Positions 7,397 to 17,191 of a stretch of 54,549 nucleotides of DNA are shown piece after piece. Below the pieces are notes generated by a model. It ran no database searches, was not told the DNA's origin, and worked only from the letters and a program-made list of their open reading frames with translations. The translations under genes were made by a program, and so were the position numbers. The first letter of the stretch is position 1, and each line of letters opens with the position of its first letter. Source of the stretch: Clostridia bacterium (lineage in GTDB: Bacteria > Bacillota > Clostridia > Oscillospirales > CAG-272); the NCBI GenBank assembly GCA_017550115.1, contig JAFYLR010000034.1, forward strand, positions 1 through 54,549. The letters are read 5' to 3'.

Positions 7397-9124
7397 TTGA
7401 AACAACTTTTTTTACACTCAAAAAAATACCTAAAAGAATGTATATGCGGTCCGCTTTTCAAGCTTTTTGAAGCGTCGTTCGAGCTTTGCGTTCCCCTCGT
7501 TATGAAGCAGATAATAGACCGAGGGATAGGCGAGGGCGATAAGAACTATATTATCAGAATGTCTTTAGTTCTTGTGCTTCTTGGCGTTGCGGGACTTATA
7601 AGTACTGTTATCGCACAATATTTTTCGGCAAAGGCGGCGGTGGGTACCGTGGCTTCGATGAAAAGTGCTCTCTTTCGTCATATCCAATCCCTCTCTTATA
7701 CAGAGCTTGACAGGGTAGGCACGTCAACTATAATAACGAGAATGACAAGCGACGCAAATCAGCTCCAGAACGGTATGAATCTGACACTGCGTCTCTTTAT
7801 GCGTTCCCCCTTCATCGTTTTCGGTGCGATGATAATGGCGTTCACGATAGATACGAAAAGTGCTCTCTCCTTTGCCGCCGTTATCCCCGCTCTATCTGTT
7901 GTAGTGTTCGGCATAATGCTTCTCTGTATCCCGCTTTATCGCCGTGTACAGCAAAGGCTTGATTCGGTTCTTTTGCACACGAGAGAAAATCTTACAGGCG
8001 TCAGAGTTATAAGAGCTTTCAGGCGTGAGGAGGCGGAGGTCTCGTCATTTGAGGGCAAAACAGAGGAGCTCTGCTCGGAGCAGGTTCGTGTCGGAAAGAT
8101 ATCAGCTTTGATGAACCCTCTTACATACGTACTCATAAACTTGGCGGTGCTTGTCCTTATCTATACGGGTGCAATTCAGGTAAACTCCGGAAAGCTGACG
8201 CAGGGCGACGTTATCGCACTCTATAACTATATGTCGCAGATTCTCATCGAGCTTGTGAAATTCGCAAGTCTTATCATTACTATAACAAAGAGCGTTGCCT
8301 GCGAGCATCGTATCGAAAAGCTGTTCATGACGCAAAGCTCTATGGAGCTGTGCGAGAACGGTCGTACTCCCGAGAACGTAGGAAATATAGTGTTTGAGAA
8401 CGTTTCCTTTACATACTGTGGCTCGCCAGAGCCTGTCCTTGAGGACATCTGCTTTGAGGCAAAGGCTGGGGAAACTATAGGAATCATCGGCGGAACGGGC
8501 TCGGGAAAAAGCTCTCTTGTCAACCTTATCCCTCGTTTTTACGACGCAACAAAGGGACGGATACTTGTTGACGGAGTTGATGTCAAAGAGCTTGATTTGG
8601 ACGCTTTAAGAGAAAAGATAGGCGTCGTTCCTCAAAAGGCTGTGCTTTTCGGCGGAACTATCAAAGAAAATCTGCTCTGGGGTAACAAAAATGCAGATGA
8701 AGATACTATAGAAGAAGCTCTCAACGCTTCGCAGTCGGCTGAATTTGTCGCAAAAAAAGAGAATGGTATCAACTCTCTCTTAGAGCAGGGCGGCAAGAAT
8801 CTCTCGGGCGGACAGCGTCAAAGATTGACGGTTGCCCGTGCACTTGTAAGACGTCCCGAGGTGCTTATCCTTGATGATAGTACGAGTGCTCTCGATTTTG
8901 CAACCGACGCTTCTCTCCGCGCGTCTATTGCCAACCTTCCTTATAATCCCACGGTATTTATAGTTTCACAGCGAACGTCGTCACTTATGAGTGCTGATAA
9001 AATAATCGTTCTTGACGACGGAAAGCAAGTAGGCCTCGGCTCGCACGCAGAGCTTCTCGAGTCCTGCTCGGTCTATCGTGAAATACACGAATCACAATTC
9101 AAAAAGGAGGGAGAGAAGATATGA
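7397..9124 (+). CDS. ABC exporter subunit (fused permease/ATPase), heterodimer partner 1
   Basis: TM domain plus GGTGSGKS Walker A, LSGGQRQR signature, degenerate ILDD Walker B; likely TTG start at 7397 behind GAGGTG. Confidence 0.9.
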   Translation: MKQLFLHSKKYLKECICGPLFKLFEASFELCVPLVMKQIIDRGIGEGDKNYIIRMSLVLVLLGVAGLISTVIAQYFSAKAAVGTVASMKSALFRHIQSLSYTELDRVGTSTIITRMTSDANQLQNGMNLTLRLFMRSPFIVFGAMIMAFTIDTKSALSFAAVIPALSVVVFGIMLLCIPLYRRVQQRLDSVLLHTRENLTGVRVIRAFRREEAEVSSFEGKTEELCSEQVRVGKISALMNPLTYVLINLAVLVLIYTGAIQVNSGKLTQGDVIALYNYMSQILIELVKFASLIITITKSVACEHRIEKLFMTQSSMELCENGRTPENVGNIVFENVSFTYCGSPEPVLEDICFEAKAGETIGIIGGTGSGKSSLVNLIPRFYDATKGRILVDGVDVKELDLDALREKIGVVPQKAVLFGGTIKENLLWGNKNADEDTIEEALNASQSAEFVAKKENGINSLLEQGGKNLSGGQRQRLTVARALVRRPEVLILDDSTSALDFATDASLRASIANLPYNPTVFIVSQRTSSLMSADKIIVLDDGKQVGLGSHAELLESCSVYREIHESQFKKEGEKI

Positions 9125-10917
9125 AAAAAGACAAAAAAGCTCCCTCGGGACTCCGCAAAAGCGTACAAGTCCTGCCCGACGTTCTGAGATTTCTCCGTCC
9201 TTACAGGGCACTCACTCTGCTTTCTGTCCTCCTGTCCGCTATAAGTGTTTTTCTCACCCTTTATCTGCCGATACTCATAGGCGACGCCATAGACCTTATA
9301 ATAGATAAAGGAAAGGTCGATTTTGAGGGGATAGTTCCTCTGCTTGTCCGTGCCGCCGTTTGTATTCTGATGACGGCACTTGTAACTTGGATAGTGACAA
9401 CAGTAAACAACAAAATAACCTTTGACGTTATCCGTGACGTGCGTAAAGCCGCATTCTCGAAGCTTCAGAGGTTACCTCTTTCTTTTCTCGACAAAACACC
9501 GACGGGAGATATCGTCAGCCGAGTCATCAGTGACGTTGACACCTTTGCCGACGGACTTTTGCTCGGATTTACGCAGTTTTTCACAGGTGCACTTACTATT
9601 CTCGGAACTCTGTTCTTTATGTTTACTCTAAGTCCGCTTATCGCACTTATCGTCGTTGTTCTCACTCCGCTTTCTCTCTTCGTTGCACGGTTCGTTTCGA
9701 CTCGTACGTATGAGATGTTCAAGGCACAGAGCGAGACGAGAGGGGAACAGACGGTGCTAATAGACGAGGCTATCGGCTCACAAAAGGTCGTTCAGGCTTT
9801 CTCGCAGGGAGAGGCACTTCAAGAGCAGTTCGACGAGATAAACGAACGTCTTGTAAAATGTTCGCTTAAAGCCACCTTCTTTTCGTCCTTGGTCAACCCT
9901 TGCACTCGCTTTGTAAACAGCGTCGTTTACGCGGCGGTCGGATGCTTTGGGGCTATAGCGGTCGTTGGCGGCTGGGGTGTTTTCGGCTCAATGTCGGTCG
10001 GAACTCTCTCCTGCTTTCTAAGCTATGCAAACCAATATACGAAGCCTTTCAATGAGATATCGGGTGTTGTGACAGAGCTGCAAAATTCGCTCGCTTGTGC
10101 ACGTCGGATATTCGATTTTATTGAAGAAGAGCCTCTTGCTCCCGACAGCGAGGACGCTTTCGTCATTGAGAATGCCGAGGGCAACGTTGAGATCGACAAT
10201 GTCTGCTTTTCTTATGACAAAAACCGCAAGCTTATCGAAAATCTCAATCTCTCTGTAAAAAAAGGTCAGAGAGTTGCCATCGTTGGACCTACGGGCTGTG
10301 GAAAAACGACGGTTATAAATCTGCTTATGCGGTTTTACGACGTTGACGCAGGGGCAATATCTCTTGACGGAAAAGATATAAGAAATATTACTACCCCGTC
10401 GCTCAGAGGCTCTTACGGTATGGTTCTTCAAGAAACTTGGCTCAGAAGCGGTACGGTTCGGGACAATATCAAGATGGGCAACCCCGACGCCTGCGACGAG
10501 GACGTTGTGGCGGCGGCAAAGGCGGCACACGCTCATAGCTTTATAAAGCGTCTGCCCGAAGGATATGACACCTTTATCGGAGAAGGTGGAGCCGAGCTCT
10601 CTCAAGGGCAAAAGCAGCTTTTGTGCATTGCCCGAGTTATGCTTGCTCTTCCGCCGATGCTCATTCTGGACGAAGCGACCTCCTCTATTGACACCAGAAC
10701 CGAGACAAAGATACAAAAGGCGTTTGCTACAATGATGCAGGGGCGAACAAGCTTTATCGTCGCTCACAGGCTATCGACTATACGAGAGGCTGACGTGATT
10801 CTTGTCATGAAGAACGGAAACGTTATAGAGAAGGGAACGCACGCAGAGCTTCTTTGTGCAAACGGGTTCTATGCGGAGCTTTATAACAGTCAGTTTGCGC
10901 GGTGTTCTAATCTGTAA
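9121..10917 (+). CDS. ABC exporter subunit (fused permease/ATPase), heterodimer partner 2
   Basis: GPTGCGKT, LSQGQKQL, ILDEATS, VAHRLST; 4-bp overlap with partner 1 (TM287/288-type pair). Confidence 0.92.
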   Translation: MKKDKKAPSGLRKSVQVLPDVLRFLRPYRALTLLSVLLSAISVFLTLYLPILIGDAIDLIIDKGKVDFEGIVPLLVRAAVCILMTALVTWIVTTVNNKITFDVIRDVRKAAFSKLQRLPLSFLDKTPTGDIVSRVISDVDTFADGLLLGFTQFFTGALTILGTLFFMFTLSPLIALIVVVLTPLSLFVARFVSTRTYEMFKAQSETRGEQTVLIDEAIGSQKVVQAFSQGEALQEQFDEINERLVKCSLKATFFSSLVNPCTRFVNSVVYAAVGCFGAIAVVGGWGVFGSMSVGTLSCFLSYANQYTKPFNEISGVVTELQNSLACARRIFDFIEEEPLAPDSEDAFVIENAEGNVEIDNVCFSYDKNRKLIENLNLSVKKGQRVAIVGPTGCGKTTVINLLMRFYDVDAGAISLDGKDIRNITTPSLRGSYGMVLQETWLRSGTVRDNIKMGNPDACDEDVVAAAKAAHAHSFIKRLPEGYDTFIGEGGAELSQGQKQLLCIARVMLALPPMLILDEATSSIDTRTETKIQKAFATMMQGRTSFIVAHRLSTIREADVILVMKNGNVIEKGTHAELLCANGFYAELYNSQFARCSNL

Positions 10918-11449
10918 AAACAAAGCTTTCTATTCTGACGCAGGTACGTTTTGTGCCTGCGTCGGTCTTTTTTTCGGCGGAAATTTGAATAGGCATGTCG
11001 GTTTTGGGCGACAGGAGCAGGGAGTAGAGAGTTCCGTCCTCTCTGCGAATCTCGGCACGGGTGTTTTCCCCCTCGAGCGTCAAGCTGTGGGGCTTTGAGG
11101 TTATACAAAACAGGTCGGTGAACTCTATAAGGGAAGAATATATATCCCCTTTATCGTCGAACGGCAGTCCCCCGACGTTTGCCGTGATGACCTCGTGCTC
11201 ACGAGTCACTTTTATGCCATCAAGTGTTGCGGGTGCAGTATATGTAACACTTATATTCCTCGCCTCCCCACTATCCTTTTGCCACGCAGAAGCCGAAACA
11301 AACGCAGAAAAGGTCATTTCATCGACCTCTACCGTAAGCGTCGCTTCAAACGCCCTCTCCTGATACGAAAGCACGTCCCCGTCCGTCTCCTTCCCCTCAC
11401 AGCCACTCAAAAAAATACATATCATCAAAATAAGTACAGCTTTTTTCAT
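10907..11449 (-). CDS. Hypothetical lipoprotein
   Basis: MKK + hydrophobic stretch + LSGC lipobox; AGGAG RBS; beta-rich mature region. Confidence 0.75.
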   Translation of the reverse strand: MKKAVLILMICIFLSGCEGKETDGDVLSYQERAFEATLTVEVDEMTFSAFVSASAWQKDSGEARNISVTYTAPATLDGIKVTREHEVITANVGGLPFDDKGDIYSSLIEFTDLFCITSKPHSLTLEGENTRAEIRREDGTLYSLLLSPKTDMPIQISAEKKTDAGTKRTCVRIESFVFTD

Positions 11450-11630
11450 CTACTCTCCTTTATGTGCCCTGTCGTGATTTTTCTATAATAATTATTATGC
11501 AAAAGGAAAAAATTTAGAATTATGTTTTTTGTTTGTGCGATTATTGTCAAAATTTCGAGAGACGCATAGAATATTAAGGAAGAACGGTATTTCAAAATTG
11601 CCGTTCTACCATAATTCAAGGAGAAATACT

Positions 11631-12452
11631 ATGGCAGAAAATAAATTATGCTCACAGTCTTCAAGAGAAGCTGTTTGCATAGAAGCTAACCGTGTGCTCG
11701 ACTCTTGCCGTGACCGTGATTGCTATGAGGACGTAAAGGTCTATCTTACCGATTTCGGACAGGAAGTTATCGAACATACAGGAAACGTGCGTGTAAAATG
11801 CGCAAAAATAGCAGATACCTGCATCACCGTTGACTCGGTTCAGTTTAACCGTGGCTTTTACGCCGTTAATATCCGTTTCTTTATAAATCTCAGATTTGAA
11901 GCTTGCGTTTGCGGCAGAAATCAAGAGTTTGAGGGCGTTACCGCCATCGACAAAAAGGTCGTTCTTTTCGGCGGCGAGAGCAATACAAGCGTATTTAAGA
12001 GCTACGCTTCCGGCACTTGCTGCAACAATGACGACACGACACATGAAAATAACGGCCCGACAGCTTCGGTCGAGGTTGCTTCCCCCGTTATTCTCGGCGC
12101 AAAGATAGTTGAGGAGAGAGAATACTCCTGCTGCTCTTGCTGCTGTTGCTGTGACGAGATTCCCGAGAGAGTTTACCACGACATCGGTGCACCCCTCTCG
12201 AACGGCGGCGGAAACAGAGTTCTGGTTGCGAGCATCGGCGTCTTCTCGGTAGTACGTCTTACTCGCCCCGCACAGTATCTTATAAACGCGACCGAGTATT
12301 CGGTTCCCGACAAGGAGTGCGTATGCGACGAGGAAAAGGACCCCTGCTGTCTCTTCCGTTCTATGGCTTTCCCGACAGAAGAGTTCTCAACGCCTTATCT
12401 TCCAACGCTTCGAGGCAACGATAAACACTGCGGCTGCAGAGATAACTACTGA
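11631..12452 (+). CDS. Cysteine-rich protein, probable spore coat/exosporium component
   Basis: ATG 11631 behind AGGAG; AVCIEANRVLDSCRDRDC, SCCSCCCCC and CVC/PCC clusters; no signal peptide; upstream CATAGAAT resembles a mother-cell sigma -10. Confidence 0.65.
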   Translation: MAENKLCSQSSREAVCIEANRVLDSCRDRDCYEDVKVYLTDFGQEVIEHTGNVRVKCAKIADTCITVDSVQFNRGFYAVNIRFFINLRFEACVCGRNQEFEGVTAIDKKVVLFGGESNTSVFKSYASGTCCNNDDTTHENNGPTASVEVASPVILGAKIVEEREYSCCSCCCCCDEIPERVYHDIGAPLSNGGGNRVLVASIGVFSVVRLTRPAQYLINATEYSVPDKECVCDEEKDPCCLFRSMAFPTEEFSTPYLPTLRGNDKHCGCRDNY

Positions 12453-12479
12453 TATCTTTAATTTCTAACGGAATAATAT

Positions 12480-12544
12480 AAACCGCCGGCGTGCGTAGCT
12501 CTCTGCCTTTTGGGCAGCAAAATTACGTGCGCCGACCGTTTTTT
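12480..12544 (+). terminator. Long GU-containing hairpin plus T-run after the Cys-rich gene
   Basis: CGGCGTGCGTAG/TTACGTGCGCCG outer stem, CTGCC/GGCAG inner stem, then TTTTTT. Confidence 0.6.
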
Positions 12545-12575
12545 GTTCCCGACTATATAAAATGTAGGCTTTCTC

Positions 12576-12604
12576 TTGACAAATATCGCAAAAAGGGGTA
12601 AAAT
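12576..12604 (+). promoter_or_regulatory. sigma-A promoter of asnA-trpB
   Basis: TTGACA-17 bp-TAAAAT. Confidence 0.8.
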
Positions 12605-12634
12605 AATCACATATTTCAGAATAGAGGTATTCAT

Positions 12635-13639
12635 ATGTCAAAGCATATAATCCCCGAGGGCTATTCCTCGCAGCTTACTGTTCGTCAGACAGAGCTTGCA
12701 ATTAAAAAAGTTAAAGATTTTTTCGAGAGAGACCTGGCGATAGAGCTTAATCTCACACGTGTCTCAGCGCCTATCTTCGTTGAAGCATCAAGCGGTCTTA
12801 ACGACACTCTGAGTGGCACCGAGCGTCCCGTTGACTTTTCGGTTTTCTCGGGAGAACGCTTTGAGATAGTACAGTCTCTTGCAAAGTGGAAGAGAATGGC
12901 ACTAAAGCAATATAATTTTAAGGTCGGCGAAGGTCTTTATACCGATATGAATGCCATCAGACGCGACGAGGAGACGGATAATATCCATTCTATTTTCGTT
13001 GACCAGTGGGACTGGGAAAAGGTTATCACCCGTGAGCAGAGAAATATTGAAACGCTCAAAAAAGCGGTCACAGACATATACGCTGCTATTCGACATACAG
13101 AAAACTTCATCGTTGACGATTATAATTTTATAGAGAGCCTTCTGCCCGAGGATATCACGTTTATCACAACGCAGGAGCTTGAGGATAAGTATCCCACGCT
13201 CTCGCCAAAGGAACGTGAATACAAAGCGGCAAAGGAATACGGAGCTATCTTCCTTATGCAGATAGGCGGAGCGCTGAAATCGGGCAAGATGCACGACGGC
13301 AGAGCCCCCGACTATGACGATTGGTCGCTCAACGGTGACCTTATAGTTTATTATCCCGTTCTCGACATCGCTCTCGAGCTCTCGTCTATGGGTATCAGAG
13401 TTGACGAGGCGGCTCTTATGCGACAACTTGAAATAAGAGGCTGTACTGAGAGAACGTCGCTTCCTTTCCACAGTGCTCTTTTGCGAGGCGATCTGCCTTA
13501 CACTATGGGCGGCGGTATCGGTCAGTCAAGACTTTGTATGTTCTTTTTGAGAAAAGCACATATCGGAGAGGTTCAGTCTTCTTTCTGGCCGAGCGAGGTT
13601 GTGTCAGCATTTGAGAAATGCGGCGTGACGCTGCTTTAA
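12635..13639 (+). CDS. asnA: Aspartate--ammonia ligase
   Basis: SLAKWKR, GEGLYTDMNAIRRDE, DQWDWEK, HDGRAPDYDDW and GGGIGQSR motifs. Confidence 0.97.
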   Translation: MSKHIIPEGYSSQLTVRQTELAIKKVKDFFERDLAIELNLTRVSAPIFVEASSGLNDTLSGTERPVDFSVFSGERFEIVQSLAKWKRMALKQYNFKVGEGLYTDMNAIRRDEETDNIHSIFVDQWDWEKVITREQRNIETLKKAVTDIYAAIRHTENFIVDDYNFIESLLPEDITFITTQELEDKYPTLSPKEREYKAAKEYGAIFLMQIGGALKSGKMHDGRAPDYDDWSLNGDLIVYYPVLDIALELSSMGIRVDEAALMRQLEIRGCTERTSLPFHSALLRGDLPYTMGGGIGQSRLCMFFLRKAHIGEVQSSFWPSEVVSAFEKCGVTLL

Positions 13640-13679
13640 TAAAAAGAAAGGACGCCTTTTTTGAGGCGAGGACATAAAA

Positions 13680-14900
13680 ATGCAATTCAACGGAGTAAAT
13701 TTTGATACGTATTTTAATAACTATCCCGACAAGGACGGTTATTTCGGAAAATACGGCGGTGTTTATGTAGATGAAAAGCTGAAAGCGGCGATGGCGGAGA
13801 TAACAGAGGCATATTTCTCTATCTGCCAATCGAGAAAATTCATCGCAGAACTTCGCAGAATAAGAAAAGAATTTCAGGGCAGACCAACACCCGTTTCTCA
13901 CCTTGAAAGACTTTCCGACGCTCTTGGCGGCAAGGTTCAGCTCTATGCAAAGAGAGAAGATTTAAACCATTCCGGTGCCCACAAGTTAAACCACTGTATG
14001 GGTGAAGCGTTGCTTGCAAAATATATGGGCAAGAAAAAGGTCATTGCCGAAACGGGGGCAGGACAGCACGGCGTTGCTTTAGCTACCGCAGTCGCTTATT
14101 TCGGTCTTGAATGTGACATTTATATGGGGTCTGTTGACATAAAGAAGCAGGCACCGAACGTTGCAAGAATGAAGATACTCGGTGCAAACGTTATCGAAGT
14201 AACACATGGACTAAAGACACTAAAAGAGGCTGTTGATGCGGCTTTTGACGCTTACAGCAAAGAATACAAGGATTCTATCTATTGTATCGGAAGCGTTCTC
14301 GGCCCGCACCCATTTCCGATGATGGTTCGTGATTTCCAGAGCGTAGTCGGAATCGAGGCAAGAGAGCAGTTTATAGATATGACGGGACATTTGCCCTCAG
14401 CTATCGTTGCCTGCGTTGGCGGCGGCTCAAATGCGGCAGGACTTTTTGCGGGATTCCTTAACGACCCCGTTGATATATACGGCATAGAGCCTCTCGGCAG
14501 AGGTGCGGCTCTCGGTGACCATGCCGCAAGCTTGAAGTATGGCACGGAGGGTATAATGCACGGCTTTAACAGTATTATGTTAAAGGACGAGAACGGCGAG
14601 CCGGCTCCCGTTTATTCGGTAGCGAGCGGACTTGACTATCCTTCCTCAGGCCCTGAGCACGCATTCCTTCACGATCTCGGAAGAGTAAAATACGACGTTA
14701 TCGACGACGAGGAAACGATCGACGCTTTCTACCGTCTCGCTCGTCTTGAGGGAATTATTCCCGCAATTGAAAGCTCACACGCAGTTGCATACGGCATGAA
14801 GCTGGCAAAGAGAATGGATCATGGCTCGGTTCTTATCAACCTCTCGGGCAGAGGCGATAAGGATATGGATTTCATTATCGAAAAATACGGCATAAGATAA
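13680..14900 (+). CDS. trpB: Tryptophan synthase beta subunit (stand-alone)
   Basis: [12 protein letters not shown] (PLP lysine), [23 protein letters not shown] and NLSGRGDKD motifs. Confidence 0.96.
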   Translation: MQFNGVNFDTYFNNYPDKDGYFGKYGGVYVDEKLKAAMAEITEAYFSICQSRKFIAELRRIRKEFQGRPTPVSHLERLSDALGGKVQLYAKREDLNHSGAHKLNHCMGEALLAKYMGKKKVIAETGAGQHGVALATAVAYFGLECDIYMGSVDIKKQAPNVARMKILGANVIEVTHGLKTLKEAVDAAFDAYSKEYKDSIYCIGSVLGPHPFPMMVRDFQSVVGIEAREQFIDMTGHLPSAIVACVGGGSNAAGLFAGFLNDPVDIYGIEPLGRGAALGDHAASLKYGTEGIMHGFNSIMLKDENGEPAPVYSVASGLDYPSSGPEHAFLHDLGRVKYDVIDDEETIDAFYRLARLEGIIPAIESSHAVAYGMKLAKRMDHGSVLINLSGRGDKDMDFIIEKYGIR

Positions 14901-14937
14901 GTCGGAGACAGATACGCTCTGATTTTGTAGAAAACGC

Positions 14938-14966
14938 TTGACAAATAAGCCATTATATTGTATAAT
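14938..14966 (+). promoter_or_regulatory. sigma-A promoter of glnA (type III)
   Basis: TTGACA-17 bp-TATAAT (perfect consensus). Confidence 0.88.
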
Positions 14967-15036
14967 GACAAAAAGCAGACGAAGTGTCGCGGAAATCTCT
15001 TTTTTCTGCGACACTTTACCTTTTAAGGAGTTTGAG

Positions 15037-17130
15037 ATGAACAAAGTAACCGAAAAATTCGGATCGATGGTGTTCGACGAAAAAATAATGAGAGAGAAGC
15101 TGCCTCGCGAGATATACAAAAAAATGCAGGCAACTCTCAAAAAGGGAAAACGTCTTGACCGCGAAACCGCAAACGTCATTGCAAACGCAATGAAGGACTG
15201 GGCAATCGAGCTTGGTGCAACCCATTTTACGCATTGGTTTCAACCGATGACGGGCGTTACCGCAGAGAAGCACGATAGCTTTATCGCACCGACCGCTGAC
15301 GGCAGGATAATTATGGATTTTACAGGCAAAGAGCTTGTGAGTGGAGAATCCGATGCTTCTTCTTTCCCCTCGGGCGGACTTCGTGCCACCTTTGAGGCAA
15401 GAGGATACACTGCGTGGGATCCGACTTCCTTTGCCTTTATAAAGGATAATACTCTTTACATACCGACGGCATTCTGTTCTTGGGGCGGTGAAGCACTTGA
15501 CAAAAAGACTCCTCTGCTTCGTTCAATGGAAGCGATAAACAGAGAAGCTCTTCGAGTTCTCCGTCTTTTCGGAAAAGAGGACGAAACTGCTGTTAAGACA
15601 ACGGTTGGAGCAGAGCAGGAATATTTCCTCATTGATGCCGAGACATTTACTCGTCGCCCTGACCTTATATATACGGGACGTACTCTTTTCGGTGCACGTC
15701 CACCAAAGGGACAGGAGCTTGACGACCACTATTTCGGTATAATCAAGCCCCGCGTCAAAGAATTTATGAAAGAGCTTGACGAGGAGCTTTGGAAGCTCGG
15801 CGTTCTCGCAAAAACCGAGCATAACGAGGGTGCACCCTGTCAGCACGAGCTCGCCCCTATATTCTCAACGACAAATATCGCGACAGACCATAACCAGCTC
15901 ACAATGGAGCTTATGCAAAAGCTCGCAAAGAAGCACGGTATGGTATGTCTGCTTCATGAAAAGCCCTTTGAGGGCGTAAACGGAAGCGGAAAGCATAACA
16001 ACTGGTCGCTTTCCACGTCAGGCGGAGTAAATCTGCTTGAGCCGGGAGACACTCCGTTTGAGAATGCACAGTTCCTTTTGTTCTTGACCGCCGTTATAAA
16101 GGCTGTTGACGATTATCAGGAGCTTTTGCGTATATCCGTCGCATCTGCCGGAAATGACCACCGTCTCGGTGCGTCCGAGGCACCGCCCGCTATCGTTTCT
16201 ATGTTCTTGGGTGACGAGATCACCGCAATTCTTGAAGCGATCGAGAACGAGGGCAACGTCTGTGCCAAGGACAAAGAGATGATGAAGATTGGCGTTCACG
16301 TGCTTCCCAAATTCCCGAAGGACTCAACCGACAGAAACCGTACCTCGCCTTTTGCGTTCACCGGAAACAAGTTTGAATTCAGAATGGTTGGCGCATCGGC
16401 TTCTATTGCGGACGCAAATATAGTTCTTAATACTGCGGTTGCAGAGGTTCTCAAGAAGTTTGCTGACGAGCTTGAAGGTGCGTCCGACTTCAATTCCGCC
16501 CTGCATGATCTCATTCGCCGAACAGTTATCAAGCATAAGCGTATCCTCTTCAACGGAAACGGATATGACGATGCATGGGTTGAGGAATCGAAGAAGCGCG
16601 GACTTGCAAATCTGACAACAACACCTGACGCTCTTGCTCACTATCTTGATGAGAAGAACGTAAAGCTCTTTACCGAGAATAAGGTATTCAGCGAATCCGA
16701 GATGAAAGCAAGATATGAGATATATCTTGAAAGATACGCAAAGGTGCTGAACATCGAGGCTCGTACTATGGTTGATATGGTAAGAGGAGCTATCCTCCCC
16801 GCCGCCGCAAAGTATAAGCGTGAGCTTTCCGAGACGGCTATTGCAACCAAGGGCTTTATCGGCGGAGCAGACCTTAGCTTTGAAGAAGAAACGGTCGCAT
16901 CTCTTACCGAGCTTTCATCAAGAGCATTTGCACTCCTTAAAATGCTTGAGAGTGCAAACGATACGGCAAAGGAGCTTCTGTGCTCAAAAGACAGAGCAGA
17001 AGCATACCGCGACAGCGTTCTTCCGATAATGGAGGATATGAGAAAGACGGTCGATGCCATCGAAACTCTCGTTCCGACGTCATCTTGGCCTTTCCCGACC
17101 TATGGTGAGATCCTTTTCGGTATTAAATAA
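15037..17130 (+). CDS. glnA: Glutamine synthetase type III
   Basis: HFTHWFQPMTG, AEKHDSF, DASSFPSGGLRATFEARGYTAWD, NGSGKHNNWS and DRNRTSPFAFTGNKFEFR; ATG 15037 behind AAGGAG. Confidence 0.96.
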   Translation: MNKVTEKFGSMVFDEKIMREKLPREIYKKMQATLKKGKRLDRETANVIANAMKDWAIELGATHFTHWFQPMTGVTAEKHDSFIAPTADGRIIMDFTGKELVSGESDASSFPSGGLRATFEARGYTAWDPTSFAFIKDNTLYIPTAFCSWGGEALDKKTPLLRSMEAINREALRVLRLFGKEDETAVKTTVGAEQEYFLIDAETFTRRPDLIYTGRTLFGARPPKGQELDDHYFGIIKPRVKEFMKELDEELWKLGVLAKTEHNEGAPCQHELAPIFSTTNIATDHNQLTMELMQKLAKKHGMVCLLHEKPFEGVNGSGKHNNWSLSTSGGVNLLEPGDTPFENAQFLLFLTAVIKAVDDYQELLRISVASAGNDHRLGASEAPPAIVSMFLGDEITAILEAIENEGNVCAKDKEMMKIGVHVLPKFPKDSTDRNRTSPFAFTGNKFEFRMVGASASIADANIVLNTAVAEVLKKFADELEGASDFNSALHDLIRRTVIKHKRILFNGNGYDDAWVEESKKRGLANLTTTPDALAHYLDEKNVKLFTENKVFSESEMKARYEIYLERYAKVLNIEARTMVDMVRGAILPAAAKYKRELSETAIATKGFIGGADLSFEEETVASLTELSSRAFALLKMLESANDTAKELLCSKDRAEAYRDSVLPIMEDMRKTVDAIETLVPTSSWPFPTYGEILFGIK

Positions 17131-17145
17131 TAATTATATGCTTTA

Positions 17146-17180
17146 AGGGGACAGTCGAAACGACTGTCCCCTCTTTTTTT
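17146..17180 (+). terminator. Intrinsic terminator after glnA
   Basis: AGGGGACAGTCG-AAA-CGACTGTCCCCT followed by a T-run. Confidence 0.92.
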
Positions 17181-17191
17181 ATTTTTCAAAA

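Noticed and set aside
10018-10767. 249-aa antisense ORF in the ABC exporter, and similar ORFs opposite rny, asnA, GH26 and ymdB
   Set aside because: These are shadow frames of well-supported genes with no independent coding evidence.
13640-13679. Small hairpin CGCC-TTTTTTGA-GGCG before trpB as a T-box or ANTAR element
   Set aside because: The region is only 40 bp, with no T-box consensus and no paired ANTAR hexaloops.
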